From: an uncultured Clostridia bacterium
GTDB lineage: Bacteria; Bacillota; Clostridia; Christensenellales; UBA1242
Assembly (NCBI GenBank): GCA_944377165.1
Contig: CALWEJ010000001.1
Span: 43,490-107,489, forward strand
Direction: 5' to 3'
Length of the DNA: 64,000 nucleotides
Shown here: positions 37,769-46,045 of the stretch, in pieces
Layout of the letters: each line of letters opens with the position of its first letter
Numbering within the stretch: position 1 is the stretch's first letter
Notes under the pieces: generated by a model
The model's database searches: none
What the model saw: the letters and a program-made list of their open reading frames with translations, nothing else
What the model was told of the DNA's origin: nothing
Position numbers and translations under genes: made by a program

Positions 37769-37995
37769 AATTCACCCCTAAATAAATTCTAAATCTTAGT
37801 AAAATAAAAAAAATAACAACATTTGTTGAATTAAAGCAATATTTTGTAATAGTTTGTTGATTTGATATATATCTATGAATTTTTATTAATTTTAAGTTTA
37901 GTTAAATTAATATAATCTTTAACATTAAAATAAATTAAGACGAAACACAATAAATGCAATATCTTATAATTTTTTTAATCATATTAAATTTATAT

Positions 37996-38024
37996 GAAAA
38001 AAAACGAACTACATCAGTCCGTTT
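37996..38024 (-). terminator. terminator of the zinc-ribbon gene
   Basis: AACGGACT-5 nt-AGTTCGTT stem (one mismatch) plus T8 on the minus strand. Confidence 0.5.
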
Positions 38025-39068
38025 TTAAGAAAATTTACCTGTAAAATATAAAATTAAAAGCACAGCCCCTACAACAAATATAGTTGCAATTAATAGTGTC
38101 ATAAATATTCTCAACGCATTTTTAGGCAATTTCCCTATCTTACCTGTTTGTCCGTTCATAACAACTGTATATTTTCTATTCTTCACAACTTTATTGACAA
38201 AATAGACTGGCAAGAGGCAATAATTATATTTTCTATCCAAATAATTTGTATTTAATGTTATGTGAACAATACTGTCGCACTGATATTTCATTAGAAGTTC
38301 TCTTTTAATATCTTTTTCAATTATTTGTTCAGCAACCTTAACACAATCATTAAACATTTTATCCTGATACTCTAGCATATAACCGTGTAAGAAATCGTCT
38401 TCAAAATCTACCGCAGAACTATAATCAAACGGCATAATGCTACGCAAATCACGTTGTTCCAAATTTGAATTTGCTTCTACTGTAAGATTGCGGTAGGCTT
38501 TATCAAAAGTCCCAAAGACACTTTTTTGACAAGTAATAGTCTTTGTATGACCTTCTTTATCTGTAATTGTTTTTGAGTAATTAAAAACTCCGCTATATCT
38601 CGTCGATGTTTGCATATCAAATACAAACGTATTAACGTACGCACCATTTATGTCTTTTAGCATTAAATCTTTAAAAATTTTTTTATTAACATAGAATTTT
38701 TTCCTTAATGTTGATTTAAATTTTTTTAGTGCATCTGCTTTATTGAACGAAAAAGGAATAATCGAGTCAATATACATAATACGTTTCTTACTACTCTTTT
38801 CAATAGTACTGCCTCCGCAATATGGACATTCAGCTTGCATTTGATATTTTGAAAGCATTATGTTAGCGCCACACGAATTACATTTTATATTTCTAAGAGA
38901 ATTAGCAAGTTCATCAACCTTTAAATCAACATTTTCATCGAAAGATTTTTTCTTAAAATTATAATTATATTTTATCGGAAATATAGAACCACAACTTTCG
39001 CATACGTTGCCCCTATCTTTCGGACTAAAATATAAATTTCCCCCACAATTTTTACAATTTTTAATCAT
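38025..39068 (-). CDS. double zinc-ribbon protein with C-terminal membrane anchor, unknown function
   Basis: CxxC..CxxC twice (CKNCGG..CESCG; CNSCGA..CPYCGG) and a terminal TM helix. Confidence 0.55.
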   Translation of the reverse strand: MIKNCKNCGGNLYFSPKDRGNVCESCGSIFPIKYNYNFKKKSFDENVDLKVDELANSLRNIKCNSCGANIMLSKYQMQAECPYCGGSTIEKSSKKRIMYIDSIIPFSFNKADALKKFKSTLRKKFYVNKKIFKDLMLKDINGAYVNTFVFDMQTSTRYSGVFNYSKTITDKEGHTKTITCQKSVFGTFDKAYRNLTVEANSNLEQRDLRSIMPFDYSSAVDFEDDFLHGYMLEYQDKMFNDCVKVAEQIIEKDIKRELLMKYQCDSIVHITLNTNYLDRKYNYCLLPVYFVNKVVKNRKYTVVMNGQTGKIGKLPKNALRIFMTLLIATIFVVGAVLLILYFTGKFS

Positions 39069-39074
39069 ATGTTT

Positions 39075-39103
39075 ATTATATCAAATATATAAATTTCTTT
39101 CAA
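39075..39103 (-). promoter_or_regulatory. promoter of the zinc-ribbon gene (leaderless geometry)
   Basis: On the minus strand: TTGAAA-17-TGA-TATAAT, ending 6 nt before ATG 39068. No SD. Confidence 0.55.
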
Positions 39104-39300
39104 CCAATTTTATAGATTTCAGTAATTAAATAAAATATTTATAAGACAATTTAAACCATTATTAATTTCAATATATAATTATTCAAATAAGTTTACTAAA
39201 ATAAAAGAATTTTCATTAATCAAAAAATGTAATTATAAGCAATTTATTTGATTAAATAAATTATTAGATTACGTATAATAAATTAAAATATAAAAGTATG

Positions 39301-39326
39301 AAAAAATACCACTTCACGTGGTATTT
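39301..39326 (-). terminator. terminator of the tRNA cluster
   Basis: ATACCAC-5 nt-GTGGTAT stem plus T6 on the minus strand, directly after tRNA-Thr. Confidence 0.55.
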
Positions 39327-39327
39327 A

Positions 39328-39402
39328 TGGAGCTAGTGAAGGGAATCGAACCCCCAACCTGCTGATTACAAGTCAGCTGCTCTACCGTTGAGCCACACTA
39401 GC
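39328..39402 (-). tRNA. tRNA-Thr (UGU)
   Basis: Anticodon loop CTTGTAA, CCA encoded. Confidence 0.9.
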
Positions 39403-39426
39403 ATATTTAATTGTATCCTTAAAGGA

Positions 39427-39511
39427 TGGTGGGAAGAGGTGGATTCGAACCACCGAAGACGAAGTCGACGGATTTACAGTCCGTTGCATTTGGCCGCTCT
39501 GCAATCTTCCC
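39427..39511 (-). tRNA. tRNA-Tyr (GUA), long variable arm
   Basis: Anticodon loop CTGTAAA, 85 nt, CCA encoded. Confidence 0.9.
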
Positions 39512-39587
39512 TGGTGCCTCGAACCGGAATCGAACCAGTGACACAAGGATTTTCAGTCCTTTGCTCTACCGACTGAGCTATCGAGGC
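39512..39587 (-). tRNA. tRNA-Phe (GAA)
   Basis: Anticodon loop CTGAAAA. Its CCA end abuts G1 of tRNA-Tyr. Confidence 0.9.
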
Positions 39588-39595
39588 AAATAATT

Positions 39596-39672
39596 TGGCG
39601 ACCCGTACGAGACTTGAACTCGTGACCTCTAGCGTGACAGGCTAGCGCTCTAACCAACTGAGCTAACGGGCC
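39596..39672 (-). tRNA. tRNA-Asp (GUC)
   Basis: Anticodon loop CTGTCAC, CCA encoded. Confidence 0.9.
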
Positions 39673-39699
39673 AAATATATGAGGATGTGCCACAGGCTA

Positions 39700-39776
39700 T
39701 GGTGGGCCTTCACGGACTTGAACCGCGGACCGACCGGTTATGAGCCGGTTGCTCTAACCAACTGAGCTAAAGGCCC
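39700..39776 (-). tRNA. tRNA with CAU anticodon (elongator Met or lysidine-modified Ile2)
   Basis: Anticodon loop CTCATAA. The body resembles Firmicutes Ile2 (from memory), so the identity is ambiguous. Confidence 0.8.
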
Positions 39777-39782
39777 CCATCG

Positions 39783-39858
39783 TGGTCGGGGTGAAGGGAC
39801 TCGAACCCCCGGCCCCATGATCCCAAATCACGTGCGCTACCAACTGCGCTACACCCCG
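39783..39858 (-). tRNA. tRNA-Pro (UGG)
   Basis: Anticodon loop TTTGGGA, 5' CGGGGTG, CCA encoded. Confidence 0.9.
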
Positions 39859-39873
39859 ACGATTTACTTTTTA

Positions 39874-39902
39874 AGTTTACTATAATCTAAAACAAATGTC
39901 AA
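39874..39902 (-). promoter_or_regulatory. promoter of the six-tRNA cluster
   Basis: On the minus strand: TTGACA-17-TAAACT, 15 nt before tRNA-Pro. Confidence 0.45.
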
Positions 39903-40041
39903 TGAATTTTGATAAAATTTTTCAAAAATATGTGAAATTTTTATAATTTTACATAACTTTCATTATTTTTTTATTATATTGAAACTCGATTGTTTCCCAT
40001 TTCCATTTTTATATAAATTTTATATGATTTCGTTCAAATTA

Positions 40042-40872
40042 TTAAATCCAAGTCGGAGTTATTTCGAACGACTTTGAATTTAAGTAATTTAGAGGTGATT
40101 TCTTACTGAAATTAAATGACAGGAAATTTGCTGTTAAATGCATTTGCTTTTCATCATCTTTACCATATTTTTGATCTCCCAATATTGGATGACCATAGTA
40201 TGCTATATGCGCACGTATTTGATGAGTTTTCCCTGTTATTAATCGTGCTGAAAGCAAAGTATTATCTCCCCTATACTCTATTATATCAAATTCAGTAGTA
40301 ATAGGTTCATAACCGCTAGTTTTCAACTCACTTATCCAAACCTTACTAAGTTTATCAACTTTCTTCAAATATACTGTACGCTTAATCTTTGTTATATCTA
40401 CCCTACCGTGTACGAGCAAAGCGTATTCTTTATTTATTGCTTTTCGCATTTTAAATGCGTCAATCAACTCATTTTCAGCCATATCATTTAATGCAAAAAC
40501 CACTAGCCCTTCTGTATTCCTATCTAATCTATGCACCGGTCTTATATTAGGATATATTTTTTTTAGAATATTCAATAAATCACGTTCAGACTCGCTTACA
40601 ACCTCAATCCCTGCACGTTTATTTACGATAATAATATTATTATCGCTATATACTAGCGAATACCACTCTTTCTTATCTTTCTCTTGATAGAAGATTGTTA
40701 TTCTATCGTTTTTACGCAAAATAGAATTCTCTTTAACCCTTTGATTATTTATTCTAATATCTTTATTCTTAAGGATAGTTTCGACATCGAATCTAGAAAG
40801 AAAAGGCAATTCATCGATAATTGCCTTAATCAATTCTTTATCTTCAAAAACTATAAACTCTCGTTTCTGCAT
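40042..40872 (-). CDS. RluA-family pseudouridine synthase (RluD-like)
   Basis: S4-like N-terminus, HRLDRNTEG catalytic Asp motif and GKTHQIRAH. Confidence 0.85.
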   Translation of the reverse strand: MQKREFIVFEDKELIKAIIDELPFLSRFDVETILKNKDIRINNQRVKENSILRKNDRITIFYQEKDKKEWYSLVYSDNNIIIVNKRAGIEVVSESERDLLNILKKIYPNIRPVHRLDRNTEGLVVFALNDMAENELIDAFKMRKAINKEYALLVHGRVDITKIKRTVYLKKVDKLSKVWISELKTSGYEPITTEFDIIEYRGDNTLLSARLITGKTHQIRAHIAYYGHPILGDQKYGKDDEKQMHLTANFLSFNFSKKSPLNYLNSKSFEITPTWI

Positions 40873-41708
40873 TATGACAAATATTTATCTCGCATATATT
40901 TCGCGCCCAACTCTTGTGTATCGCTGGCTTCACTTACTACCCACGGGTCAATGTTCATTTCTTTTAAAATTTCAATGAAATCATCAAGATTAGGTAAACC
41001 TTCTCTGCCGTCAGGCATATTCTCACCAAATTTTAAATGCTTAATTTCTCCCTTATCTCCATAATTGATTGTATAAGCGTGGAAATGAATTTTATCAAAT
41101 TTATCCGGCAATTCATCTTTAACTTTTTGTAATTTTGCTTTTAATATCTCTTTACTTGTAATCGAACCAAATTCACGCGCGTGAAGATGTGCGATATCAA
41201 TACAAGGATAACAATATTTACATTTTTTACATATTTCAATTATTTCATCAAGTGACCCTAAACTTACAGCCTTACCACCAATTTCAGGATAAAGGCGAAC
41301 ATTACCCATATCAATTTCAGATGTAAATTCATTGATTCCGTTGATAAGTTGCGTTATTGCTTTTTCTCTACCTTCTTTACTATTATCGTGACCGCCACCC
41401 GGATGGAAAATAATACGTTCGACTCCTATAGACTTAGCAAGTTCAATTCCTTCTTTCATATTGGATTTACTGCGTGCGACAACTGCTTCATTAAGACTGC
41501 CTAAATTTATGTAATAAGGTGCGTGCATTGATAATCCAATACCTTTTTCACGTTCTTGATTATAAATCTTTCTATTTTCTGGACTTATTTTAAATCCGTA
41601 TGTACATTGGATTTCAAAGCCATTCAATCCCATACCTCTTAGCCAATCAAATATGTCGGCGAATTTGCCTTTATAATTAGTAGGGACTCCAGCTACAGCA
41701 AAAACCAT
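40872..41708 (-). CDS. xylose-isomerase-like TIM-barrel protein, endonuclease IV (Nfo)-like
   Basis: Metal-ligand pattern (..SMHAPYYINLGS.., ..IIFHPGG.., ..IDIAHLHA.., ..HFHAY..). TAATG overlap with the downstream gene. Confidence 0.6.
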   Translation of the reverse strand: MVFAVAGVPTNYKGKFADIFDWLRGMGLNGFEIQCTYGFKISPENRKIYNQEREKGIGLSMHAPYYINLGSLNEAVVARSKSNMKEGIELAKSIGVERIIFHPGGGHDNSKEGREKAITQLINGINEFTSEIDMGNVRLYPEIGGKAVSLGSLDEIIEICKKCKYCYPCIDIAHLHAREFGSITSKEILKAKLQKVKDELPDKFDKIHFHAYTINYGDKGEIKHLKFGENMPDGREGLPNLDDFIEILKEMNIDPWVVSEASDTQELGAKYMRDKYLS

Positions 41709-41717
41709 TTCTCCTCC

Positions 41718-43058
41718 TTATACGAAATTCTTAAAAAACTTTTCTCTTAATAACATATATTTAGCATTAGATATTCTATAACTATTTTCAACTGCTGAAG
41801 TGAACATTTTATTAATAGTATTTATAAATTTTACATCTTCAATTACAAATATATTTTGAACACACGTATTTATGTATTCTCTGTTGATAGTATAAGAACC
41901 GCACAATGCATAATTATCATCTATTATTATTGCATTATATCGTATATATCCATCATAAAGATATACGTTCGCTCCATAGAGCGCCAACTCTTTTGCATAT
42001 GCACGTGAAGCAAAATACTTACTATGTTTATTTGTCTTAAGTGGCACCATTAACCTTACTTCAATGTTAGAATGTATTGCAAAACGTAATAGCGACATTA
42101 TACTCTCTGTCGGAATAAATTCTTCAAGTTGAAGTTGAATAGATTTTTTAGCTAAGCATATTGCTTTTATGATTACTAGTTCTAAGTCATTAGAATATTC
42201 ATTTGTCACATACTGAACCTTAGATTGACTTTGCAGATTATCATTTTCTTTAGTTTGATAAACTATATATTTTTTACTTGCGAATATAATATCTTGATGA
42301 ATAGCTAAATTTATGTCTTGAGCAATATCTCCTTTAAATTTCAAAAACATATTTGAAACTTCATATTTACCTTTAAGTTGATTTTTCTTTAAATCAAGGT
42401 CAGCACAAAAACAAACCTTTCCGTCAATAGAAATTATATTTCGCATATTTTGGTACATATGTGAGCAAGTGTTATGTCTGCTGAATTTATATATTTTAAT
42501 GCCTGCGCGTTTTAATTGCTTTATCAATTTAAAACTTATATGGAAGTCGTGAAGAATCTTTACCATTACTCCTGCTTTTGCCTTAGAAATTAATGCTAAT
42601 TTTATTTCTTCAAATTGTTTTACATTAACAGATGTAAGTTCAAATAAAATATATTTACTCGCCTGATTTATTTCCTTAATGAAAGCTGAAGTAAATTTAC
42701 CTAAGTCGTTATAAACATCAATTAAATTGTGTTCAGTTAAGCGCGCATTATATCCCAATTTATTAAATAGATACAATTCATCATACTCACTTGCTTGTTC
42801 TTTAGATAATTTGTCATTTATAAGGTTTTTATAAATTATATCTTCTTGTTGTTTTATTAATAATGCTTGTTTATTTTTAAAATACGCGATTCTAAATGAA
42901 ATATAGACAATATATCCTATTATAGATGTAAACAAGAATATTATCGACCATACAATCATATTTCTCGGCTTATCGCGCTCAAAAATAATCATGACTGATA
43001 CCATGACTATATATAATAAAATTAATATAATAGCTAAAATTATCCTAAGAGCTAACAC
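41718..43058 (-). CDS. cardiolipin-synthase-like PLD-family protein with both HKD motifs degenerate
   Basis: Cls-type N-terminus (two TM helices, ..IFERDKPRNMIVW..). Motif positions read NMRNIISIDG and IRYNAIIIDD instead of HxKxxxxD. GTG start. Confidence 0.7.
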   Translation of the reverse strand: MLALRIILAIILILLYIVMVSVMIIFERDKPRNMIVWSIIFLFTSIIGYIVYISFRIAYFKNKQALLIKQQEDIIYKNLINDKLSKEQASEYDELYLFNKLGYNARLTEHNLIDVYNDLGKFTSAFIKEINQASKYILFELTSVNVKQFEEIKLALISKAKAGVMVKILHDFHISFKLIKQLKRAGIKIYKFSRHNTCSHMYQNMRNIISIDGKVCFCADLDLKKNQLKGKYEVSNMFLKFKGDIAQDINLAIHQDIIFASKKYIVYQTKENDNLQSQSKVQYVTNEYSNDLELVIIKAICLAKKSIQLQLEEFIPTESIMSLLRFAIHSNIEVRLMVPLKTNKHSKYFASRAYAKELALYGANVYLYDGYIRYNAIIIDDNYALCGSYTINREYINTCVQNIFVIEDVKFINTINKMFTSAVENSYRISNAKYMLLREKFFKNFV

Positions 43059-43064
43059 GTTATT

Positions 43065-43093
43065 ATCTTAACAAATTATTGTGTTTATTGCAA
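43065..43093 (-). promoter_or_regulatory. promoter of the cls-like operon (leaderless geometry)
   Basis: On the minus strand: TTGCAA-17-TAAGAT, ending 6 nt before GTG 43058. Confidence 0.5.
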
Positions 43094-43174
43094 GTGAATT
43101 GTGAATTAACTTCAAATGATTCTTATTAAAACTTAAATATGTAAACCAATATTGATAAAAATGCTAAAAAATGA

Positions 43175-43203
43175 TTGAAAATCTAAATTATTTATGCTAA
43201 TAT
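43175..43203 (+). promoter_or_regulatory. promoter of tRNA-Thr(CGU)
   Basis: TTGAAA-17-TAATAT, 8 nt before the tRNA 5' end. Confidence 0.6.
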
Positions 43204-43211
43204 ATCCTTAT

Positions 43212-43287
43212 GCTTGTGTGGCTCAGCAGGTAGAGCAGTTGATTCGTAATCAACAGGTCGGCGGTTCGAGCCCGCCCACAAGCTCCA
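43212..43287 (+). tRNA. tRNA-Thr (CGU)
   Basis: Anticodon loop TTCGTAA, CCA encoded. Confidence 0.9.
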
Positions 43288-43313
43288 AATCCCTTTATTT
43301 AGGGATTTTTTTG
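43288..43313 (+). terminator. intrinsic terminator after tRNA-Thr
   Basis: AAATCCCT-TTATTT-AGGGATTT stem plus T7. Confidence 0.65.
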
Positions 43314-43395
43314 TTTTATTAATGAATGTCTATAAACATTATTTTTTAATCAATATCTTTTAGTTTTATTTTTACATCGTTTTATTACATATCAT

Positions 43396-44313
43396 TTATT
43401 GGTAAATTATTGTAATAACTCGACTAATATTATCGTCATATAATGAAGTTATTTTTAATGTTATACTTCCATAATCGTGAAAATATAGAATTAAGAAAGG
43501 CGGAGTATTTAAAACTAAACTTGCATTATCTGAATATAGTTCACACTCTACTTCTTGAATAATAGATTCGCCGTCTGTTGATTTTATTTTAAAAGAAAAT
43601 GAAAAAGATTTGTTGTTGGTGTAAATTACATCATCTTCGAATAAATTTCCATTAGAGTCATACAAAAATATGTTTTGCTCTAACGAAGAATTATTTCCAT
43701 TTCCGCTGGATTGATTTTCACCATCGTCATTAGATTCATTTTTGTCTTGATTGTCATCTAAATTGCTATCAGACGAGTCAGGACTCTCTGGTGTTGTTTG
43801 ATTATTTTCGTTATCCGAATCCGTCGAATTATTATCTTCAGTTGTAGTAGGTGGCGATTGTTCGTTATCGTTATTATTAGCATTTGGGTCTTCAATCTCC
43901 GTATCATCTTCTCCCACTGTGGAACTGTCTCCTATGCTGGAATCAGAATCATCATCTGCTTCATCTTTATTCTCTGTATTATCAGTATTTGGTTTATTAG
44001 TTTCAATATTGCTACCATCAGGGTTTGTGTTATTATTCTCATTGTCGGAATCATCTGAACCTATCGAACCTTCATTATTGTCATTAGGTTTTTCATCATT
44101 TGTATTACTGGCTTGACCATCGCTTAATTCCGAATCCGAATCATTTTCAGTACTATCTTCATCGCCTGGTTTAGTTTGTTCATTTGTCTGAACGTTATCC
44201 GTATAATTGTTATTAGCTCCCTTAGAATTAGGTACATAAAAAATTAAGAATAACGTCAAAAACACGATTATTGCAGTGCAATATATAGCAAAAAATATCG
44301 ACTTTTTCTTCAC
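43396..44313 (-). CDS. membrane-anchored, highly acidic D/N/S-rich protein with a small C-terminal beta-rich domain
   Basis: GTG 44313 gives MKKKSIFFAIYC.. (signal anchor). The ORF-track TTG at 44349 is the -35 TTGCCA of the promoter. Confidence 0.55.
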   Translation of the reverse strand: MKKKSIFFAIYCTAIIVFLTLFLIFYVPNSKGANNNYTDNVQTNEQTKPGDEDSTENDSDSELSDGQASNTNDEKPNDNNEGSIGSDDSDNENNNTNPDGSNIETNKPNTDNTENKDEADDDSDSSIGDSSTVGEDDTEIEDPNANNNDNEQSPPTTTEDNNSTDSDNENNQTTPESPDSSDSNLDDNQDKNESNDDGENQSSGNGNNSSLEQNIFLYDSNGNLFEDDVIYTNNKSFSFSFKIKSTDGESIIQEVECELYSDNASLVLNTPPFLILYFHDYGSITLKITSLYDDNISRVITIIYQ

Positions 44314-44320
44314 AAATTTA

Positions 44321-44349
44321 ATTTTATATAATTTACCATTTTTTGGCAA
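44321..44349 (-). promoter_or_regulatory. promoter of the acidic-protein gene (leaderless geometry)
   Basis: On the minus strand: TTGCCA-17-TAAAAT, ending 7 nt before GTG 44313. Confidence 0.5.
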
Positions 44350-44355
44350 TTAAAT

Positions 44356-44372
44356 TGTCGAAATATGTCGAA
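44356..44372. promoter_or_regulatory. two tandem perfect Spo0A (0A) boxes
   Basis: TGTCGAA at 44356-44362 and 44366-44372 (10-bp period), starting 6 nt upstream of the -35. Confidence 0.5.
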
Positions 44373-44387
44373 TATTTTAAAATTTTT

Positions 44388-45395
44388 TTAATTTTTATCT
44401 TGCTTTTTATGTGTAATAAGATTGATTTTATGTGTTTGCTTATTTATATACGAAATTTCGCCTTGTATGCGATTGTTTAATTTATATAAATAATGTGTAG
44501 CAACATTCGCCCTATCGCTATTTTCTTTCGTCACAGCGAATGCGGATAAGCCATTATCTAATTTAATTACAGCGCCAGCTGGAAGTACTTTAACAACAAC
44601 TCCTTCTACCTTATCTCCAACAGCTAACTTATCAAATTGAGCATCTATTGGATTAGCTCTTAACTGCTTTAACCCTACTGAAATTCGTGAATAATCAGCA
44701 TTAAAGTCAATAATCATAAATTCATATTCTTCATTTTCTTTTATGATACTTTTTAGACTATCAATGTGCTCATAAGTTGCATCTGATATAGATAATTTTG
44801 CTTTTGCGCCATTCTTTAAAATAACAATAGCATATTTATCTTCAAGCTTTACAACTGTACCCGCAATTATATCGCCTATTTCTACCGGTTCAACATTTGT
44901 ATTATTAAGTAGTTTAGTACTACAAACAATAGATTTTTTCATATTGTTTAGTTCAATAACTATTGCGTTAACTTCTCGATTTACTAATCCTTCCCTATTA
45001 ACATAATCTATGTTTGTACATTGTGAAAATGGTAAAAATACTTTATAGCCCATATATTCACCGGTCAGTCCGGAATTGTTTATTCCGCTGATAGTAAAAG
45101 TTAACTCACTGCCGACTTTTAATGATTTAAGCTTTTCTTTTTCTTCTAAATATTTATTAACACCATCGTGCGTTAAAACTAGGCAACCTTTATCGTCTAT
45201 TTCACCAGTGACGAGGACAAGTATTGCATCACCTATTTTAAAAGCGGGGTCTAGTTCTTTTCGTGGAAAAACACCTTCTTTAAGACCACCTAATGCAACT
45301 ACAACCTCAGTTTCTCCAATCATTACAATAGTGCCTGTAATAATATCCCCGCGATTGTATTGAGTCATACGAATATCAAAATCTTTCATTCTCAT
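44388..45395 (-). CDS. S1 RNA-binding-domain protein (short ribosomal protein S1 homologue)
   Basis: Repeated S1 motifs (GDIITGTIV, GDIIAGTVV, GDKVEGVVV). AGGAGAG SD. Position after plsC matches other Firmicutes. Confidence 0.8.
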   Translation of the reverse strand: MRMKDFDIRMTQYNRGDIITGTIVMIGETEVVVALGGLKEGVFPRKELDPAFKIGDAILVLVTGEIDDKGCLVLTHDGVNKYLEEKEKLKSLKVGSELTFTISGINNSGLTGEYMGYKVFLPFSQCTNIDYVNREGLVNREVNAIVIELNNMKKSIVCSTKLLNNTNVEPVEIGDIIAGTVVKLEDKYAIVILKNGAKAKLSISDATYEHIDSLKSIIKENEEYEFMIIDFNADYSRISVGLKQLRANPIDAQFDKLAVGDKVEGVVVKVLPAGAVIKLDNGLSAFAVTKENSDRANVATHYLYKLNNRIQGEISYINKQTHKINLITHKKQDKN

Positions 45396-46035
45396 TTTTC
45401 TCTCCTATCTCTAATCTTTTAGTAGTATTTAGTTTCGGTGTATTTTCGATTAATAGGTTGTTCATTTTATCAATAATTTGATTAGAAAATTCATCAAGAT
45501 AGACTTTATCTTTTTTCCTTTCAATATCGGGATATATAGGTTTTCCTATATAAAGATATGTTTTATGGAAAGGTCGTAATTTTCTATCGAACATCATAGG
45601 TAAGACAGGTGTACCAGTCCTTATCGCAAACATAGCGACACCTTCTTTTGCCGTTTCTCCTTCAATTAAAGGAGTTTTCACTCTCGTGCCCTGAGGAAAT
45701 ATACATACATTTTTTTTCTTATTTAATAGTGAAAAAATCTCTTTAACGGCGCGTGTGTCAGCCGTTGTTCTATCTACAGGGACAGCACCTAACTTGCGCA
45801 TTAACCAAGATGAAAATTTTGTTTTAAATAATTCTTTCTTAGCTAAATATCGAAATTTTGTAGCAAACTTTATGTCTAACATAACACCATCATTGTTAGA
45901 CATATGATTACAAGATATTATAAAATTTTCTTTTGATTTTTTTAAATTTTTTATATGTTTTTTACCAACAATTTTAATAGGAAAAATTATTGATAGTGGT
46001 ATATAAAGAATTATAAACGCGATAAAAAACACCAT
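45376..46035 (-). CDS. plsC: 1-acyl-sn-glycerol-3-phosphate acyltransferase
   Basis: HxxxxD (NHMSNNDG) and FPQGTR motifs. Confidence 0.85.
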   Translation of the reverse strand: MVFFIAFIILYIPLSIIFPIKIVGKKHIKNLKKSKENFIISCNHMSNNDGVMLDIKFATKFRYLAKKELFKTKFSSWLMRKLGAVPVDRTTADTRAVKEIFSLLNKKKNVCIFPQGTRVKTPLIEGETAKEGVAMFAIRTGTPVLPMMFDRKLRPFHKTYLYIGKPIYPDIERKKDKVYLDEFSNQIIDKMNNLLIENTPKLNTTKRLEIGEKNENERF

Positions 46036-46045
46036 TTTAACCTCA

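Noticed and set aside
37769-38024. Sigma-H/Spo0A control elements upstream of spoIIAA (GAATTT at the -10 position, AGACGAA as a weak 0A box).
   Set aside because: No convincing -35 (AGGAWWW) is present and the 0A-like heptamer lacks the conserved TG. The evidence is too weak to annotate.
39388-39576. A 62-aa plus-strand ORF across the tRNA cluster, plus the many antisense ORFs in the track: 192-470, 2933-3370, 6756-6971, 8571-8927, 9375-9575, 13582-13839, 13999-14352, 16176-16406, 17862-18059, 19716-20033, 20209-20496, 23158-23436, 24008-24316, 24380-24772, 28318-28557, 31773-32057, 37503-37781, 40684-41064, 43798-44058, 45076-45363, 49314-49742, 51970-52218, 55566-55890 and 62008-62247.
   Set aside because: All of them lie inside well-supported genes on the opposite strand or inside tRNAs. 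They lack start signals and have low-complexity or hydrophobic nonsense composition, as expected from the complement of AT-rich coding DNA.
43396-44349. Repetitive GAT/AAT/GAA-rich DNA here and in 34444-36168 as tandem repeats or a CRISPR-like array.
   Set aside because: The repeats are irregular codon-level low complexity inside long ORFs (D/N/S/E-rich proteins). They are not unit repeats with spacers, and no cas genes are present.
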